The position numbers and the translations under genes are program-made. From Bacteroidaceae bacterium (lineage in GTDB: Bacteria; Bacillota; Clostridia; Oscillospirales; Oscillospiraceae), in NCBI GenBank assembly GCA_963593515.1, contig CAVBAZ010000171.1, positions 1 to 46,017 of the forward strand: DNA of 46,017 nucleotides, given 5' to 3'. Shown here in pieces: positions 18,195-28,313 of this stretch. Positions within the stretch are counted from its first letter, which is position 1; each line of letters begins with the position of its first letter. The notes under the pieces are model-generated. The model did not search any database, had not been told where the DNA came from, and was given only the letters and a program-made list of their open reading frames with translations.

Positions 18195-18464
18195 TTATGT
18201 ACCCAGCACCCACTTGACCAGCAGGAGCAGGCAGAACCCCGGTACGCCCAGTATGGCGATGACCAGCGCGTTGAACAGGCTCAAGCCCAGACTCAGCCCC
18301 GTATAGGCGGTGGTGAGGTTCAGCACCCACACCGCGCCGAACCCCAACGCCGTATTCACCGCCAGCCGCAGCGCCAGCTTCAGCGGTGTTTTGAACAGCC
18401 GCCAGATGGCCACCAGCAGGAACAGCAGCACCAGTCCCAACGATACCTTTTCTACGACCGACAT
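18195..18464 (-). CDS. bofA: Pro-sigmaK processing inhibitor BofA family
   Basis: 89-aa membrane protein with N...G...NALVIAILGVPG; follows a yaaL-like gene as in Bacillus. Confidence 0.88.
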   Translation of the reverse strand: MSVVEKVSLGLVLLFLLVAIWRLFKTPLKLALRLAVNTALGFGAVWVLNLTTAYTGLSLGLSLFNALVIAILGVPGFCLLLLVKWVLGT

Positions 18465-18751
18465 GCCTTCCCTCCCTTTATTGCGGATGCCGCCACGCTG
18501 GCCTCACGGGGCAGCGGAACTGCCGCGCCGCGGCCTACGGGCATGCCGGAGCGCTCCTTGACGCACCGCAGGAAATAATCGTACTTCGCCTTCAGGGCGT
18601 TGATCTCGAAAATGCTGGCCTCTACCAGCTCCGGCTCACAGGCGTAGTTGAAGCGGTCATAGGCCTCCTTCAGCTGGCGGTTGATCCGCTCCAGCTCCTG
18701 ACGCAGCTCCTTGTCGGTGGGCCACTGGGTATCCTTCTGCTTTTTTGCCAT
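18452..18751 (-). CDS. YaaL/DUF2508 family protein
   Basis: AYDRFNYACEPELVEASIFEINALKAKYDYFL; GAGGAGGA RBS. Confidence 0.85.
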   Translation of the reverse strand: MAKKQKDTQWPTDKELRQELERINRQLKEAYDRFNYACEPELVEASIFEINALKAKYDYFLRCVKERSGMPVGRGAAVPLPREASVAASAIKGGKACRS

Positions 18752-18870
18752 GATATGTCCTCCTCGTCCGAGGCGGGGATACTTCCCCTGCCAATATTGT
18801 ACGAGTAGTTTGGACAAATATGCCGGAGTTTAACCTCATTCCGGAATTTTTTTGAAAAGGAGCGCTGCTC

Positions 18871-19318
18871 ATGACCCACGAGGACTATATGCATCAGGCG
18901 CTGGCGCTGGCCCGCGAGGCCGCCGCCCACGGCGAGGTACCGGTGGGCTGCGTCATTGTCAGGGACGGCCGGATCATCGGCCGGGGCCGCAACCAGCGGG
19001 AGGAAAAGCAGGCCGTCAGCTCCCACGCGGAGATGGAGGCCATGGCGCAGGCCAACGCCGCCCTCGGCACATGGCGGCTGGAGGACTGCGACCTGTATGT
19101 GACGCTGGAGCCCTGCCCCATGTGCGCCGGAGCCATCCTGAACGCGCGGGTGCGGCGGGTGTTCTACGGCACCCGTGACCGTGCCATGTGGGGCCTGCGG
19201 CGGCGTGCTGAACCTGTTCATGGAGGACTTTCCCCACCACCCCCAGTTGGTGGGCGGCATCCTGGCGGAGGACTGTCAGGCGGTGCTGTCGGCGTTCTTC
19301 AAGGGACTGCGGAAATAG
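18871..19318 (+). pseudogene. tadA: tRNA adenosine deaminase with a +1 frameshift near 19189 (real or sequencing error)
   Basis: GEVPVG, HAE, TLEPCPMC. Removing one base restores GACGGVLNLF...GGILAEDCQAVLSAFFKGLRK-stop at 19318. Confidence 0.9.
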
Positions 19319-19320
19319 AC

Positions 19321-19360
19321 AACACCCCGTCCACCCTCACATGAGGATGAACGGGGTGTT
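19321..19360 (+). terminator. Hairpin after the restored tadA stop
   Basis: AACACCCCGT...ACGGGGTGTT. Confidence 0.6.
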
Positions 19361-19375
19361 CGCTGTACAGAATTT

Positions 19376-19453
19376 GCGGCGGGGTGTGGTCACCCCGCCC
19401 TACGCAGCACCAGCGGCAGACCTTTGTAGGGTGGCATGACCACATGCCGCCGC
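19376..19453. repeat. Inverted pair of GTAG-type REP palindromes
   Basis: Minus copy 19376-19403 (GTAGGGCGGGGTGACCACACCCCGCCGC) and plus copy 19426-19453 (GTAGGGTGGCATGACCACATGCCGCCGC). Confidence 0.8.
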
Positions 19454-19720
19454 GCTTTTGCGCGGTTATTTCATGCCAGCAATAGATAAAAACCATAAAG
19501 CCGAAGGCGGAACGCCCTCGGCTTATTATGGCAGGAAGATTGATGAAAAAAGTTTTTGTCTCTTGCAAGTATTAAGATACCCGACGGTTGTTAAAAATCA
19601 TCGTAAGGAACTGTTACAAAAGTATTAAATGTTTTTCTGATGGCTGTCATAATTCCGGATTCTTCCGTTTTCGCCGTGGCGTTCCCCTACACTGGAGATC
19701 TGAGAAAGGGGAGTGTGACC

Positions 19721-20719
19721 ATGAGACAGACCATTGGAGCGGGACTTTTGCTGTTGCTGCTGCTATTCCTTCCGCCGTGGCTGCGGGCGGAGGAGACGGC
19801 CACCACCGGCGGCACCGCCGCGCCGCTGCAAGCGGAGCAGAGCGTTCCGGAAAGCGGCTCAGGCTCCGACGCCGCCCATACGGTGCGGCTGTGGAACGGC
19901 AGCGCTGTGGAGACCATGACGGCGGCGGAGTATCTGCCGGGGGTGGTGCGGGGCGAGATGCCCGCTGCCTTTGAGACCGAAGCCCTGAAAGCACAGGCGG
20001 TGGCGGAGCGCACCTATCTCTACTACCGCATGGCGTCCGCGCCCAAGGACAGCCATCCCGACGCCGACGTGTGTACCGATCCTGCCTGCTGTACGGCGTG
20101 GCTCAGCGAGGCGGACGCCAGAGCCAAATGGGGCGACAAATTCGACCAGTGTGAGGTCAAGATCCAGCAGGCGGTGGCGGATACCGACGGACAGGTGGTG
20201 CTGTACGAGGGCGCGCCCATCATGGCGGTGTTCCATTCCTCCTCTGCCGGAGCCACCGCCGCCAGCGGCGACGTGTGGGCGGCGGAGCTGCCGTATCTTG
20301 TCAGTGTGAAAAGCCCGGAGGACGCCGACAGCGTGCCCAACTATTACAGCGTCAATACCTTCACCGCCGAGGAGTTCCGCGCCATCTTCTGCAAGGCGTA
20401 CCCGGAAGCAAAGCTATCCGGCGACACGGGCGGCTGGGTCAAGGATGTGTTGCTGACGGACACGGGACGGGTGGCTTCCGCCACGGTGGGCGGCGTGTCC
20501 GTCACCGGTAAGGAGCTGCGGAGCCTGTACGGTCTGCGCAGCACCGCCTTCACGGTGGAGGCCTCCGGCGACAGCGTGACCTTCCGTGTCACCGGCTACG
20601 GCCACGGCGTGGGCATGAGCCAGTACGGGGCCAACGCACTGGCCAAGGAGGGAAAAACATGGCAGGAGATATTGCAGTGGTACTACACCGGCGTGACGAT
20701 CGGACTGTACAACGGCTGA
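19721..20719 (+). CDS. spoIID: Stage II sporulation protein D (lytic transglycosylase)
   Basis: EYLPGVVRGEMPAAF..EALKAQAV, PYLVSV.SP, GYGHGVGMSQYGAN. Confidence 0.93.
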   Translation: MRQTIGAGLLLLLLLFLPPWLRAEETATTGGTAAPLQAEQSVPESGSGSDAAHTVRLWNGSAVETMTAAEYLPGVVRGEMPAAFETEALKAQAVAERTYLYYRMASAPKDSHPDADVCTDPACCTAWLSEADARAKWGDKFDQCEVKIQQAVADTDGQVVLYEGAPIMAVFHSSSAGATAASGDVWAAELPYLVSVKSPEDADSVPNYYSVNTFTAEEFRAIFCKAYPEAKLSGDTGGWVKDVLLTDTGRVASATVGGVSVTGKELRSLYGLRSTAFTVEASGDSVTFRVTGYGHGVGMSQYGANALAKEGKTWQEILQWYYTGVTIGLYNG

Positions 20720-20837
20720 AAAATGTGATATACTATGCTATTATTTCCTGCGCGAGTTTACAGAAAGTTCAGGAAACGTCCCACAACTTCGATATAATGG
20801 CAATATAGTATAGAAATACATTGGGAGGCTATCATAT

Positions 20838-21527
20838 ATGGCACGCAACATCCTTGTGGTGGAGGACGACCACAATATCTCCGACCTCATTCGCATGTAC
20901 CTGGAAAAAGAGGGCTTCGAGGTGCGTATCGCCTACGACGGCGGCAAGGCCGTGGAGGAGTACGACGCCAAGGCCCCGGACATGGTGCTGCTGGACATCA
21001 TGCTGCCGGTGATGGACGGCTGGGCCGTGTGCGCCCATATCCGGGAAAAGGGCAAGACCCCCATCATTATGCTGACCGCCAAGGGCGACGTCACCGACCG
21101 CATCACCGGCCTTGAGATGGGCGCCGACGACTATCTGGTGAAGCCCTTCGAGATGAAGGAGCTGATGGCCCGCATCAACGCCGTGCTGCGCCGCAGCGAG
21201 ATCCCCGACGACACCCGCAAGCGTCTGGTGTTTGACAAGCTGGTGATCGATCTGGACAGCTATGAGCTGCTGGTGGACGGCAAGAAGGTGGACACCCCGC
21301 CCAAAGAGCTGGAGCTGCTGTACCATCTTGCGGTGACCCCCAACCGGGTGTATACCCGCAACCAGCTGCTGGACGAGGTCTGGGGCTTCGACTACTTCGG
21401 CGACAGCCGCACCGTGGACGTGCATATCAAGCGTCTGCGGGAGAAGGTGGAAAACGTCTCCGACCAGTGGGCGCTAAAAACTGTGTGGGGCGTAGGCTAT
21501 AAGTTTGAAGTGCAGCAGCCGTCATGA
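20838..21527 (+). CDS. OmpR-family response regulator
   Basis: ILVVEDD, LLDIMLP, GADDYLVKPF, RTVDVHIKRLREK, TVWGVGYKF. Confidence 0.97.
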   Translation: MARNILVVEDDHNISDLIRMYLEKEGFEVRIAYDGGKAVEEYDAKAPDMVLLDIMLPVMDGWAVCAHIREKGKTPIIMLTAKGDVTDRITGLEMGADDYLVKPFEMKELMARINAVLRRSEIPDDTRKRLVFDKLVIDLDSYELLVDGKKVDTPPKELELLYHLAVTPNRVYTRNQLLDEVWGFDYFGDSRTVDVHIKRLREKVENVSDQWALKTVWGVGYKFEVQQPS

Positions 21528-22987
21528 TCGAACAGTTCAAACGAAAATTCAATAGCCTGTACTGGCACCAGTTCGCGCTGACGGCCGGTATGGTGCTGCT
21601 GACCCTGCTGCTGCTGGGCGTCAGCTTCTTTACCCTCAGCTACGGCACCACCACGGCGGACAAGCGGGGCGAAATGCGCACCCGTGCCGAGCTGATCGCG
21701 CAGGTGTCCGCCGATTACTTTACCGCCGCGGGCGACGACAGCGTTGACCAGAGTACCGCTCTGCGGAAGCTGGCGGACATGGCGTCGCGGATGACGGATG
21801 TGGACTTCCTTATCTGCTCGCCCCAGGGCAACGTGCTGCTGACCACCGACAACGATCTGGTGGGCCGCAGCATCACCATCCCGCAGGACATCGTGGACGA
21901 TATTCTGGGCGAGAAGGCCCTCTATCAGGGCCGCAGCAATGTCAACGGCACATACAGCGCCAAGAAGTTTGCCGTGGCCGTCCCGGTCAGGGGAACCGAG
22001 AGCCAGCTGCTGGGCATCGTGCTGGCGGTGATGGACGAGTCGGAGATCATGCAGGTGTGGCGCTCCTTCATCGGACTGTTCCTGATGACCTCCGCCATCA
22101 TTCTGCTGATCGCCTTTCTGGCCAGCTCCGTCACCTCCATGCGGCAGATCCAGCCTATCACCGACATGGTGAAGGCCACCCGTGCCTATGCCGCCGGTGA
22201 CTTCGACGTGCGCATCCCCGAGCTGGATCGCAGCGACGAGATCGGCGAGCTGGCCCAGTCCTTCAACGCCATGGCGGATTCGCTGGCGGAGACGGAGCGG
22301 CAGCGCCGGGACTTCATCGCCAATGTGTCCCATGAGCTGAAGACCCCCATGACCACCATCGCCGGTTATACCGACGGTATTCTGGACGGCACCATCCCGC
22401 CGGAGCGTGAGAAGCACTACCTGCAAATCATCTCCGACGAGAGCCGCCGCCTGAGCCGTCTGGTGCGCCGGATGCTGGATATCTCCCAGATCCAGTCCAA
22501 GGAGATGAAGAAGGAGGACTTCGACATCTGCGAGGTCATGCGTATCGCTCTTTTGAGCATGGAGCAGAAGATCAACGACCGGGGGCTGGATGTGGAGACC
22601 AATATCCCGGAGGATTCCATTATGGTGCAGGGCGACCGGGATCTCATTACACAGGTGATCTATAACCTGCTGGAAAACGCCACCAAGTTCGCTTCGCCCA
22701 ACACCGCGCTTTATCTGGGGCTGGCCACCAACGATGAAAAGGCCATCATCTCCGTCCGCAACCACGGCGCCACCATCGCGCCGGAGGAGATCCCCCTGCT
22801 GTTCGAGCGGTTCCACAAGTCCGACAAGTCCCGCAGCGAGGATAAGGACGGCTACGGTCTGGGCCTGTATGTAGTCAAGACCATTCTGGCCCAGCACAAG
22901 GAGCACATCTCCGTCACCAGTGAGAACGGACTGACATCCTTTGATTTTACCCTGCAATTATCGGCGCCTCACAACGCGGAAAGGTAA
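21524..22987 (+). CDS. HAMP-domain sensor histidine kinase
   Basis: Two TM helices, HAMP, SHELKTP, NLLENATKF, GLGL; ATGA overlap with the regulator. Confidence 0.97.
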   Translation: MIEQFKRKFNSLYWHQFALTAGMVLLTLLLLGVSFFTLSYGTTTADKRGEMRTRAELIAQVSADYFTAAGDDSVDQSTALRKLADMASRMTDVDFLICSPQGNVLLTTDNDLVGRSITIPQDIVDDILGEKALYQGRSNVNGTYSAKKFAVAVPVRGTESQLLGIVLAVMDESEIMQVWRSFIGLFLMTSAIILLIAFLASSVTSMRQIQPITDMVKATRAYAAGDFDVRIPELDRSDEIGELAQSFNAMADSLAETERQRRDFIANVSHELKTPMTTIAGYTDGILDGTIPPEREKHYLQIISDESRRLSRLVRRMLDISQIQSKEMKKEDFDICEVMRIALLSMEQKINDRGLDVETNIPEDSIMVQGDRDLITQVIYNLLENATKFASPNTALYLGLATNDEKAIISVRNHGATIAPEEIPLLFERFHKSDKSRSEDKDGYGLGLYVVKTILAQHKEHISVTSENGLTSFDFTLQLSAPHNAER

Positions 22988-22995
22988 CCAGAGAT

Positions 22996-24273
22996 ATGGA
23001 TGAATTGAGAGATAGAAACGAACCTCAGGAGGTCGTGGATTGGTATATTCCCCAGCAGGGGAAGGAGGTGGTGGATTACTACATCCATCACCAGCCCCTG
23101 CCGGAAAGCGTCCGCCCCGCGGCGCCCCAGCCGCCCAAAAAGAAAAAGCATCTGGGCTTGTGGATCTTTCTGGGCATTATGGGCGTGCTGGCAGTGGTCG
23201 TGGTGCTGTTTGCCATTTTCAGCCAGCCGGAGGACGACGGCTACAACGCCGACGGCGATAACGACGCCAGCAGCATCGTGGATATTTTCGGCGACCACAC
23301 TACCTCCATCCCACGGTTCACGGACTACGATCCCACGCTGAAGCTTGCTGTCAGTTCGGATCACGGCCCGGAGCTGACAGCGCAGGAGGTCTATGCCAAG
23401 GTGAACCCCGCCACCGTGCTGGTGGTGGCCGAGCTGGGCGACAGCGCCTCGGTGGGCACCGGCGTCATTATGACCGCCGACGGCTATGTCATCACCAACG
23501 CCCACGTGATCTCCGGTGGCGAATCCTGCTGGGTGGTGCTTGCCAGCGGCGTGCAGTACGACGCGCTGCTGGTGGGCTATGACGCCGACGAGGATCTGGC
23601 GGTGCTGAAAATGGAGAACGCGCAGGATCTGCCGGCGGCCGAGTTCGGCAACAGCGACCTTGCGGTGGTAGGCGATCAGGTCTACGCCATCGGCAACCCG
23701 CTGGGCATCGAGCTGCGGGGCACGCTGACGGAGGGCATCATCTCCGCCATCAACCGTGACGTGGAGCTGGAGGGCCGCACCCTGAACGTGCTGCAAACCA
23801 CCGCCGCCCTGAATAACGGCAACTCCGGCGGCCCGCTTATCAATCGCTACGGGCAGGTCATCGGCATCAATACCTTGAAAATGAGCGGCACCGGCGCGCC
23901 GGACGAGGCTACGGTGGAGGGCTTGGGCTTTGCTCTGCCCATCTCCAGCGCCAGCTTCGTCATCAACGACATCATTGCCAACGGCAAGTTCCACGGCACG
24001 CCCACGCTGGGCATCATGGTCTATACCGGCGTACTGGAGGACGGCACCAGCATGGTGATCGTGGACAGCGTCACCGCGGGCTCCGCCTCTGACGAGGCCG
24101 GTATAGAGGCCGGAGACATTATTCTGGCCGTGGACGGACAGGATATATCCGTCACCGCCGACCTGATGGCCATTCGCCGCCAGCACGCCATCGGCGACAC
24201 CATCGTGCTGACCGTCCTGCGGGACGATCAGACGCTGGATATCCCCGTGGTGCTGCGTTCCAACAAGAAATGA
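22996..24273 (+). CDS. htrA: HtrA/DegP-family membrane serine protease with PDZ domain
   Basis: TNAHV, DLAVLK, GNSGGPL, C-terminal PDZ. Confidence 0.95.
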   Translation: MDELRDRNEPQEVVDWYIPQQGKEVVDYYIHHQPLPESVRPAAPQPPKKKKHLGLWIFLGIMGVLAVVVVLFAIFSQPEDDGYNADGDNDASSIVDIFGDHTTSIPRFTDYDPTLKLAVSSDHGPELTAQEVYAKVNPATVLVVAELGDSASVGTGVIMTADGYVITNAHVISGGESCWVVLASGVQYDALLVGYDADEDLAVLKMENAQDLPAAEFGNSDLAVVGDQVYAIGNPLGIELRGTLTEGIISAINRDVELEGRTLNVLQTTAALNNGNSGGPLINRYGQVIGINTLKMSGTGAPDEATVEGLGFALPISSASFVINDIIANGKFHGTPTLGIMVYTGVLEDGTSMVIVDSVTAGSASDEAGIEAGDIILAVDGQDISVTADLMAIRRQHAIGDTIVLTVLRDDQTLDIPVVLRSNKK

Positions 24274-24274
24274 T

Positions 24275-24313
24275 AAAAAGCGCCTGATCTCGCAAGAGAT
24301 CAGGCGCTTTTTT
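24275..24313. terminator. Bidirectional terminator
   Basis: AAAAAGCGCCTGATCTC-GCAA-GAGATCAGGCGCTTTTT. Confidence 0.9.
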
Positions 24314-24331
24314 GCGCGGTGTCCGCGCGTC

Positions 24332-25216
24332 TCACTTATCCCCGTTTTCCGCCACCCACGTCCGTACATACTCCACGAAAAGCCGGGTGGAGTTGGACAG
24401 GGCCTTCTCGTCTTTCACGCCGATGCCGATGGTACGGTGGAAGGTCATGGGCGGGCGGCAGGCGGTGACAGGCGCGGGGCTGTGGCGCACCATCAGCTCC
24501 GGCAGCAGGCTGATGCCCAGCCCCTCCGACACCATGGAAAGGATCGTCCGGTCCTCCCGTGCCACATACTTCACATGGGGCCGGATGCCCATTTCATCAA
24601 AGGCCGCCATGATCTCATAGTCGTCCCCCTCCTCCAGTTGGATGAACGGCTCCGACGCCAGCAGCTCCCTGGGGAAGGGATCGCTGTCCGCGTAAGGATG
24701 GTCACAGGGGACGATGACCTGCAATTCGTCCCGGTGCAGGGCGTAGGTCTGCAGGCGCTTCACCGACGGCAGCCGCAGGAAGCCGCAATCCACCGCACCG
24801 GTGACGATCCAGTTCTCGATCTGGTCGTAGAAGTCGCCGGTGACCACCTCGAACTCGATGTTGGGGTACAGCTTGCCGAAGCTTTTCAGAATACGGGGCA
24901 GCCACTGGGCCGACACACTGGAAAAGGTGGCGATCTTCACAAGGCCGCTGTCCATGTCCTTCAAGCCCTCCACCGTCTGCATGAGGGCATGGTGGGCGGC
25001 GCACAGCTTCTCGATCTTGGGCAGCACGGCCCGGCCATCCGCCGTCAGCACTACGCCGCCCCGGTTGCGGCTGAGGAGCGTGATGCCCAGCTCGCTCTCC
25101 AGCGACGTGATGGCGTGGCTGATACCGGACTGGGTGAAGTTCAGCGCCTCCGCCGCCTTGGTAAAGGTGCCGCAGGACACCACCTTCAAAAACACCTGAT
25201 ATTTGGAAATGCTCAT
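24332..25216 (-). CDS. LysR-family transcriptional regulator
   Basis: FTKAAEALNFTQSGISHAITSLESELG; GAGGTG RBS before ATG 25216. Confidence 0.95.
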   Translation of the reverse strand: MSISKYQVFLKVVSCGTFTKAAEALNFTQSGISHAITSLESELGITLLSRNRGGVVLTADGRAVLPKIEKLCAAHHALMQTVEGLKDMDSGLVKIATFSSVSAQWLPRILKSFGKLYPNIEFEVVTGDFYDQIENWIVTGAVDCGFLRLPSVKRLQTYALHRDELQVIVPCDHPYADSDPFPRELLASEPFIQLEEGDDYEIMAAFDEMGIRPHVKYVAREDRTILSMVSEGLGISLLPELMVRHSPAPVTACRPPMTFHRTIGIGVKDEKALSNSTRLFVEYVRTWVAENGDK

Positions 25217-25253
25217 GGCAATCACCTCGTCGTTGGATATCACCTCCATTATA

Positions 25254-25270
25254 CATGACGACCGCTCATG
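25254..25270. promoter_or_regulatory. Candidate LysR T-N11-A box
   Basis: CATGA-N7-TCATG between divergent genes. Confidence 0.5.
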
Positions 25271-25352
25271 AAATCAATAGCAAAGATGCGTTTTACAAAT
25301 GCGAATTTCCGTGCTATTCTATATGCAGCTTACGAAACGGAGGACAAGAAAC

Positions 25353-25571
25353 ATGGCCGCGCCTGCAAAAACCATTCGCTGTGCCCTGTGCGGCAGCAGC
25401 AATGTGGTGTACCGGAGCGGACGCTACTATTGCGTCTCCTGCGGCGCCAAGGGCGACCATCCCATGTCCGACGCGGAAGTGGCCAACATCGACCAGGCCC
25501 TTTCACTGGGCGATGACAGTGCGGAGCTAGCGGCACTGCGACGCCGCTATCCCCGGCTGAGAGTCAGATAA
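25353..25571 (+). CDS. Small zinc-ribbon protein (72 aa)
   Basis: GGAGGA RBS; CALCG...YCVSCG; followed by a terminator. Confidence 0.7.
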   Translation: MAAPAKTIRCALCGSSNVVYRSGRYYCVSCGAKGDHPMSDAEVANIDQALSLGDDSAELAALRRRYPRLRVR

Positions 25572-25622
25572 TCCCCCTATCTGTACCCAATCTTTTCCAT
25601 AATGAGGGCATCCTCCCCTCGG

Positions 25623-25722
25623 ATCGCACCCGGTCACACCGCCCTGTGACCGGGTGCGATTTTTGCTGCCGCGCCGATGACAAAAAGCAAGCCCTTCAGC
25701 TTACGCCGGAGGGCTTGCTTTT
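25623..25722. terminator. Two convergent terminators (Zn-ribbon gene; pepT)
   Basis: ATCGCACCCGGTCACA/TGTGACCGGGTGCGAT-TTTT and AAAAGCAAGCCCT...AGGGCTTGCTTTT. Confidence 0.8.
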
Positions 25723-25738
25723 CGTATATGAGCCACGC

Positions 25739-26965
25739 TTATTCGTCTGTGCTGTATGCTTTTACAATGGCCGTCAGGATATCCACCATCTGGTCCATCT
25801 CCTCCGCCACCGCGTACTCATACGGCCCGTGGAAGGCGTAGCCGCCGGTGCCCAGATTGGGGCACGGCAGTCCGCGGAAGGACAGCTGTGCGCCGTCTGT
25901 TCCGCCGCGGACGGGGTTGGAAACGGGGGTGCAGCCCACGCTTTGGATGGCCTTCCGGGCATTGTCCAGCACCTGCGGGTACTGCTGGACGATCTCCGCC
26001 ATGTTGCGGTACTGATCCTGTACCGTCAGCACGGCTGTCCCTGCGCCGTATTTGGCGTTGATGGCCGCTTCGATGTCCGCCATCCGCCGCTTTCGCGCCG
26101 CGAAGCCTGCGGCGTCGTGGTCGCGGATGATGTAGTCCAGCATGGCCGAGGCCACTGAGCCCTCCACCTGTATCAGGTGGTAAAAGCCTTGACGGCCCTC
26201 CGTCTCACGGGGTGTCTCGTCTTGCGGCAGCATGCCGTTGATCTCCATGGCCACCAGCGCGGCGTTGACCATGGTGTCCTTACCCTCTCCCGGATGGACG
26301 GACACGCCGTGGATCTGCCATTTGGCCCGCGCGGCGTTAAACGTCTCGTACTCGATCTCGTTGGGCACAGAGCCGTCCACCGTATAGGCCAGCTCCGCGC
26401 CGAAGCGCTCCAGCTCCAGCAGGGCCGCGCCGTGGCCGATCTCCTCGTCCGGCGTGAAGCAGACGCAGACCGTGCCGTGGGGCATATCGCCGGTAAGAAT
26501 GCGCTGGCACATGGTCATGATCTCCGCGACGCCTGCCTTGTCGTCCGCGCCCAGCACCGTCGTGCCATCGGTGGTAAGCAGGGTCTTGCCCTTCAGGGTG
26601 GTCAGATGGGGAAAGCTTTCCGGCGTAAGCTTCAGGCCGCTGCTTCCCAGTGTGATGCTGCCGCCGTCATAGTTTTCAATGACCTGCGGCTTTGCCGCGC
26701 CGTGGCAGGCGTCCGTACTGGTGTCCAGATGCGCGATGAATCCCACGCAGCAGCGGGTCTCATACCCGGCGGTGGCGGGGATCCTGCCATAGACGTAGGC
26801 GTGCTCGTCCACATATACGTCCGACACGCCCAATTCACGAAGCTCCTCCGCCAGCTTCTTCGCCAGCACCAGCTGCCCGGCCGACGACGGTGTCACCTCT
26901 GACGTCTCATCGCTGCCTGTATCGATGGCCGCGTACCGCAGCAGTCGCTCATAAGCTCTTGTCAT
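25739..26965 (-). CDS. pepT: Peptidase T (M20B tripeptide aminopeptidase)
   Basis: FIAHLDT, LGADDKAG, FTPDEEIG, VRGGTDGAQLSF, FHGPYE; AAGGAGG RBS before ATG 26965. Confidence 0.97.
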   Translation of the reverse strand: MTRAYERLLRYAAIDTGSDETSEVTPSSAGQLVLAKKLAEELRELGVSDVYVDEHAYVYGRIPATAGYETRCCVGFIAHLDTSTDACHGAAKPQVIENYDGGSITLGSSGLKLTPESFPHLTTLKGKTLLTTDGTTVLGADDKAGVAEIMTMCQRILTGDMPHGTVCVCFTPDEEIGHGAALLELERFGAELAYTVDGSVPNEIEYETFNAARAKWQIHGVSVHPGEGKDTMVNAALVAMEINGMLPQDETPRETEGRQGFYHLIQVEGSVASAMLDYIIRDHDAAGFAARKRRMADIEAAINAKYGAGTAVLTVQDQYRNMAEIVQQYPQVLDNARKAIQSVGCTPVSNPVRGGTDGAQLSFRGLPCPNLGTGGYAFHGPYEYAVAEEMDQMVDILTAIVKAYSTDE

Positions 26966-27193
26966 GGTCGTTTCCTCCTTATTTGTATTCGCAGGGCCTG
27001 ATACGTGCCCGCTAAAAGTGTATTTGGTACTTAAATTATACTGTGCCGCCCGCGCTTTTGCAAGGGGAAGGCGCCGGCAGTTATCGCAAACGAAAAGCGG
27101 ACGGCAGGATTTGCGTTTTACTGCGTGGTACGGTATAATAACCAATGAGAACAAAAAGCTGCCGATGCAGGCAGAATGAAGGAGCCGGACGGG

Positions 27194-28264
27194 ATGGAAC
27201 GTGTGATCTTATGGATATTGGCGGGCGGTGCGGCGCTGGGCGGGCTGGATCTGCTGTTTGGTAACCGCTTCAAGCTGGGCGAACGGTTCGAGGAGGGCTT
27301 TCAGCTTCTCGGCCCCACGGCCCTGTCCATGGCGGGCATCCTGTGTCTGGCCCCGCAGCTCTCCGGTGCGCTGGAGGGCACGGTGGCGCCGCTGTGGCTC
27401 CGGCTGGGGCTTGACCCGGCCATGCTGGGCGGTATTCTGGCCATTGACATGGGCGGCTATCAGATGGCGGCGGCACTGGCGGCGGATGCCGCTGTAGGGC
27501 GCTATGCGGGGATACTGGCGGCGGCGACACTGGGCTGTACTGTTTCCTTTACCATCCCTCTGGGTATCGGCATGGTGAAAAATGAGGAAGCTACCGACTT
27601 TTTCCGGGGGTTGTTGATCGGGCTGGCGGTGCTTCCGGCGGCGCTGATGGTTGGCGGTCTATGCAGCGGCATGGCGTTTCTGCCGCTGCTGCTCCAGACG
27701 CTGCCGGTACTGCTGCTGGCCATCCTGCTGATGGCGGGGCTGCGGTTCCAGCCCCGGCAGACGCTGGTGGGCTTTTCCTGGTTTGCCCGGATCATCCGGT
27801 GGCTGAGCATCATCGGGCTGGTACTGGGCGCGGTGCAGTACATCTCCGGTACGGTGCTGCTGCCGGGACTGGCCCCCATCGAGGATGCCATGAAGGTGGT
27901 GTCCGGCATTGGCGTGGTGCTGCTGGGCAGCCTTCCGGCGGCGGAGCTGCTGCGGCGGGCGCTGCGGCGTCCCCTACAGGCGCTGGGCCGGAGGGCCGGA
28001 CTGGCGGACAGCAGTCTGACCGGACTGCTGATCGGCTTTGTCAGCGTGACGCCGGCACTGGCTATGCTGAAGGATATGGATCCACGGGGGCGGGCCATGA
28101 ACGCCGCGTTTCTGGTGTGCGGCGCGTCCACGCTGGCGTCCCATCTGGGCTTTACGCTGAACGCGGAGCCCACTATGCTGACACCCCTGCTGCTGACCAA
28201 GACGCTGGGCGGTCTGCTGGCGGCGGCGCTGGCACTGCTGCTGACGAAACCGAAAAACGCATAA
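27194..28264 (+). CDS. eutH: EutH-family membrane transporter
   Basis: LGERFEEGF, LSMAGI, DPAM, LAIDMGGY, LGCTVSFTIP, HLGF. Confidence 0.85.
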   Translation: MERVILWILAGGAALGGLDLLFGNRFKLGERFEEGFQLLGPTALSMAGILCLAPQLSGALEGTVAPLWLRLGLDPAMLGGILAIDMGGYQMAAALAADAAVGRYAGILAAATLGCTVSFTIPLGIGMVKNEEATDFFRGLLIGLAVLPAALMVGGLCSGMAFLPLLLQTLPVLLLAILLMAGLRFQPRQTLVGFSWFARIIRWLSIIGLVLGAVQYISGTVLLPGLAPIEDAMKVVSGIGVVLLGSLPAAELLRRALRRPLQALGRRAGLADSSLTGLLIGFVSVTPALAMLKDMDPRGRAMNAAFLVCGASTLASHLGFTLNAEPTMLTPLLLTKTLGGLLAAALALLLTKPKNA

Positions 28265-28313
28265 CGCATAACGAAAGCGGCACATCCCACAGGATGTACC
28301 GCTTTCTGTATAT

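Noticed and set aside
19180..19200. Programmed frameshift in tadA
   Set aside because: No slippery heptamer; a simple indel explains it
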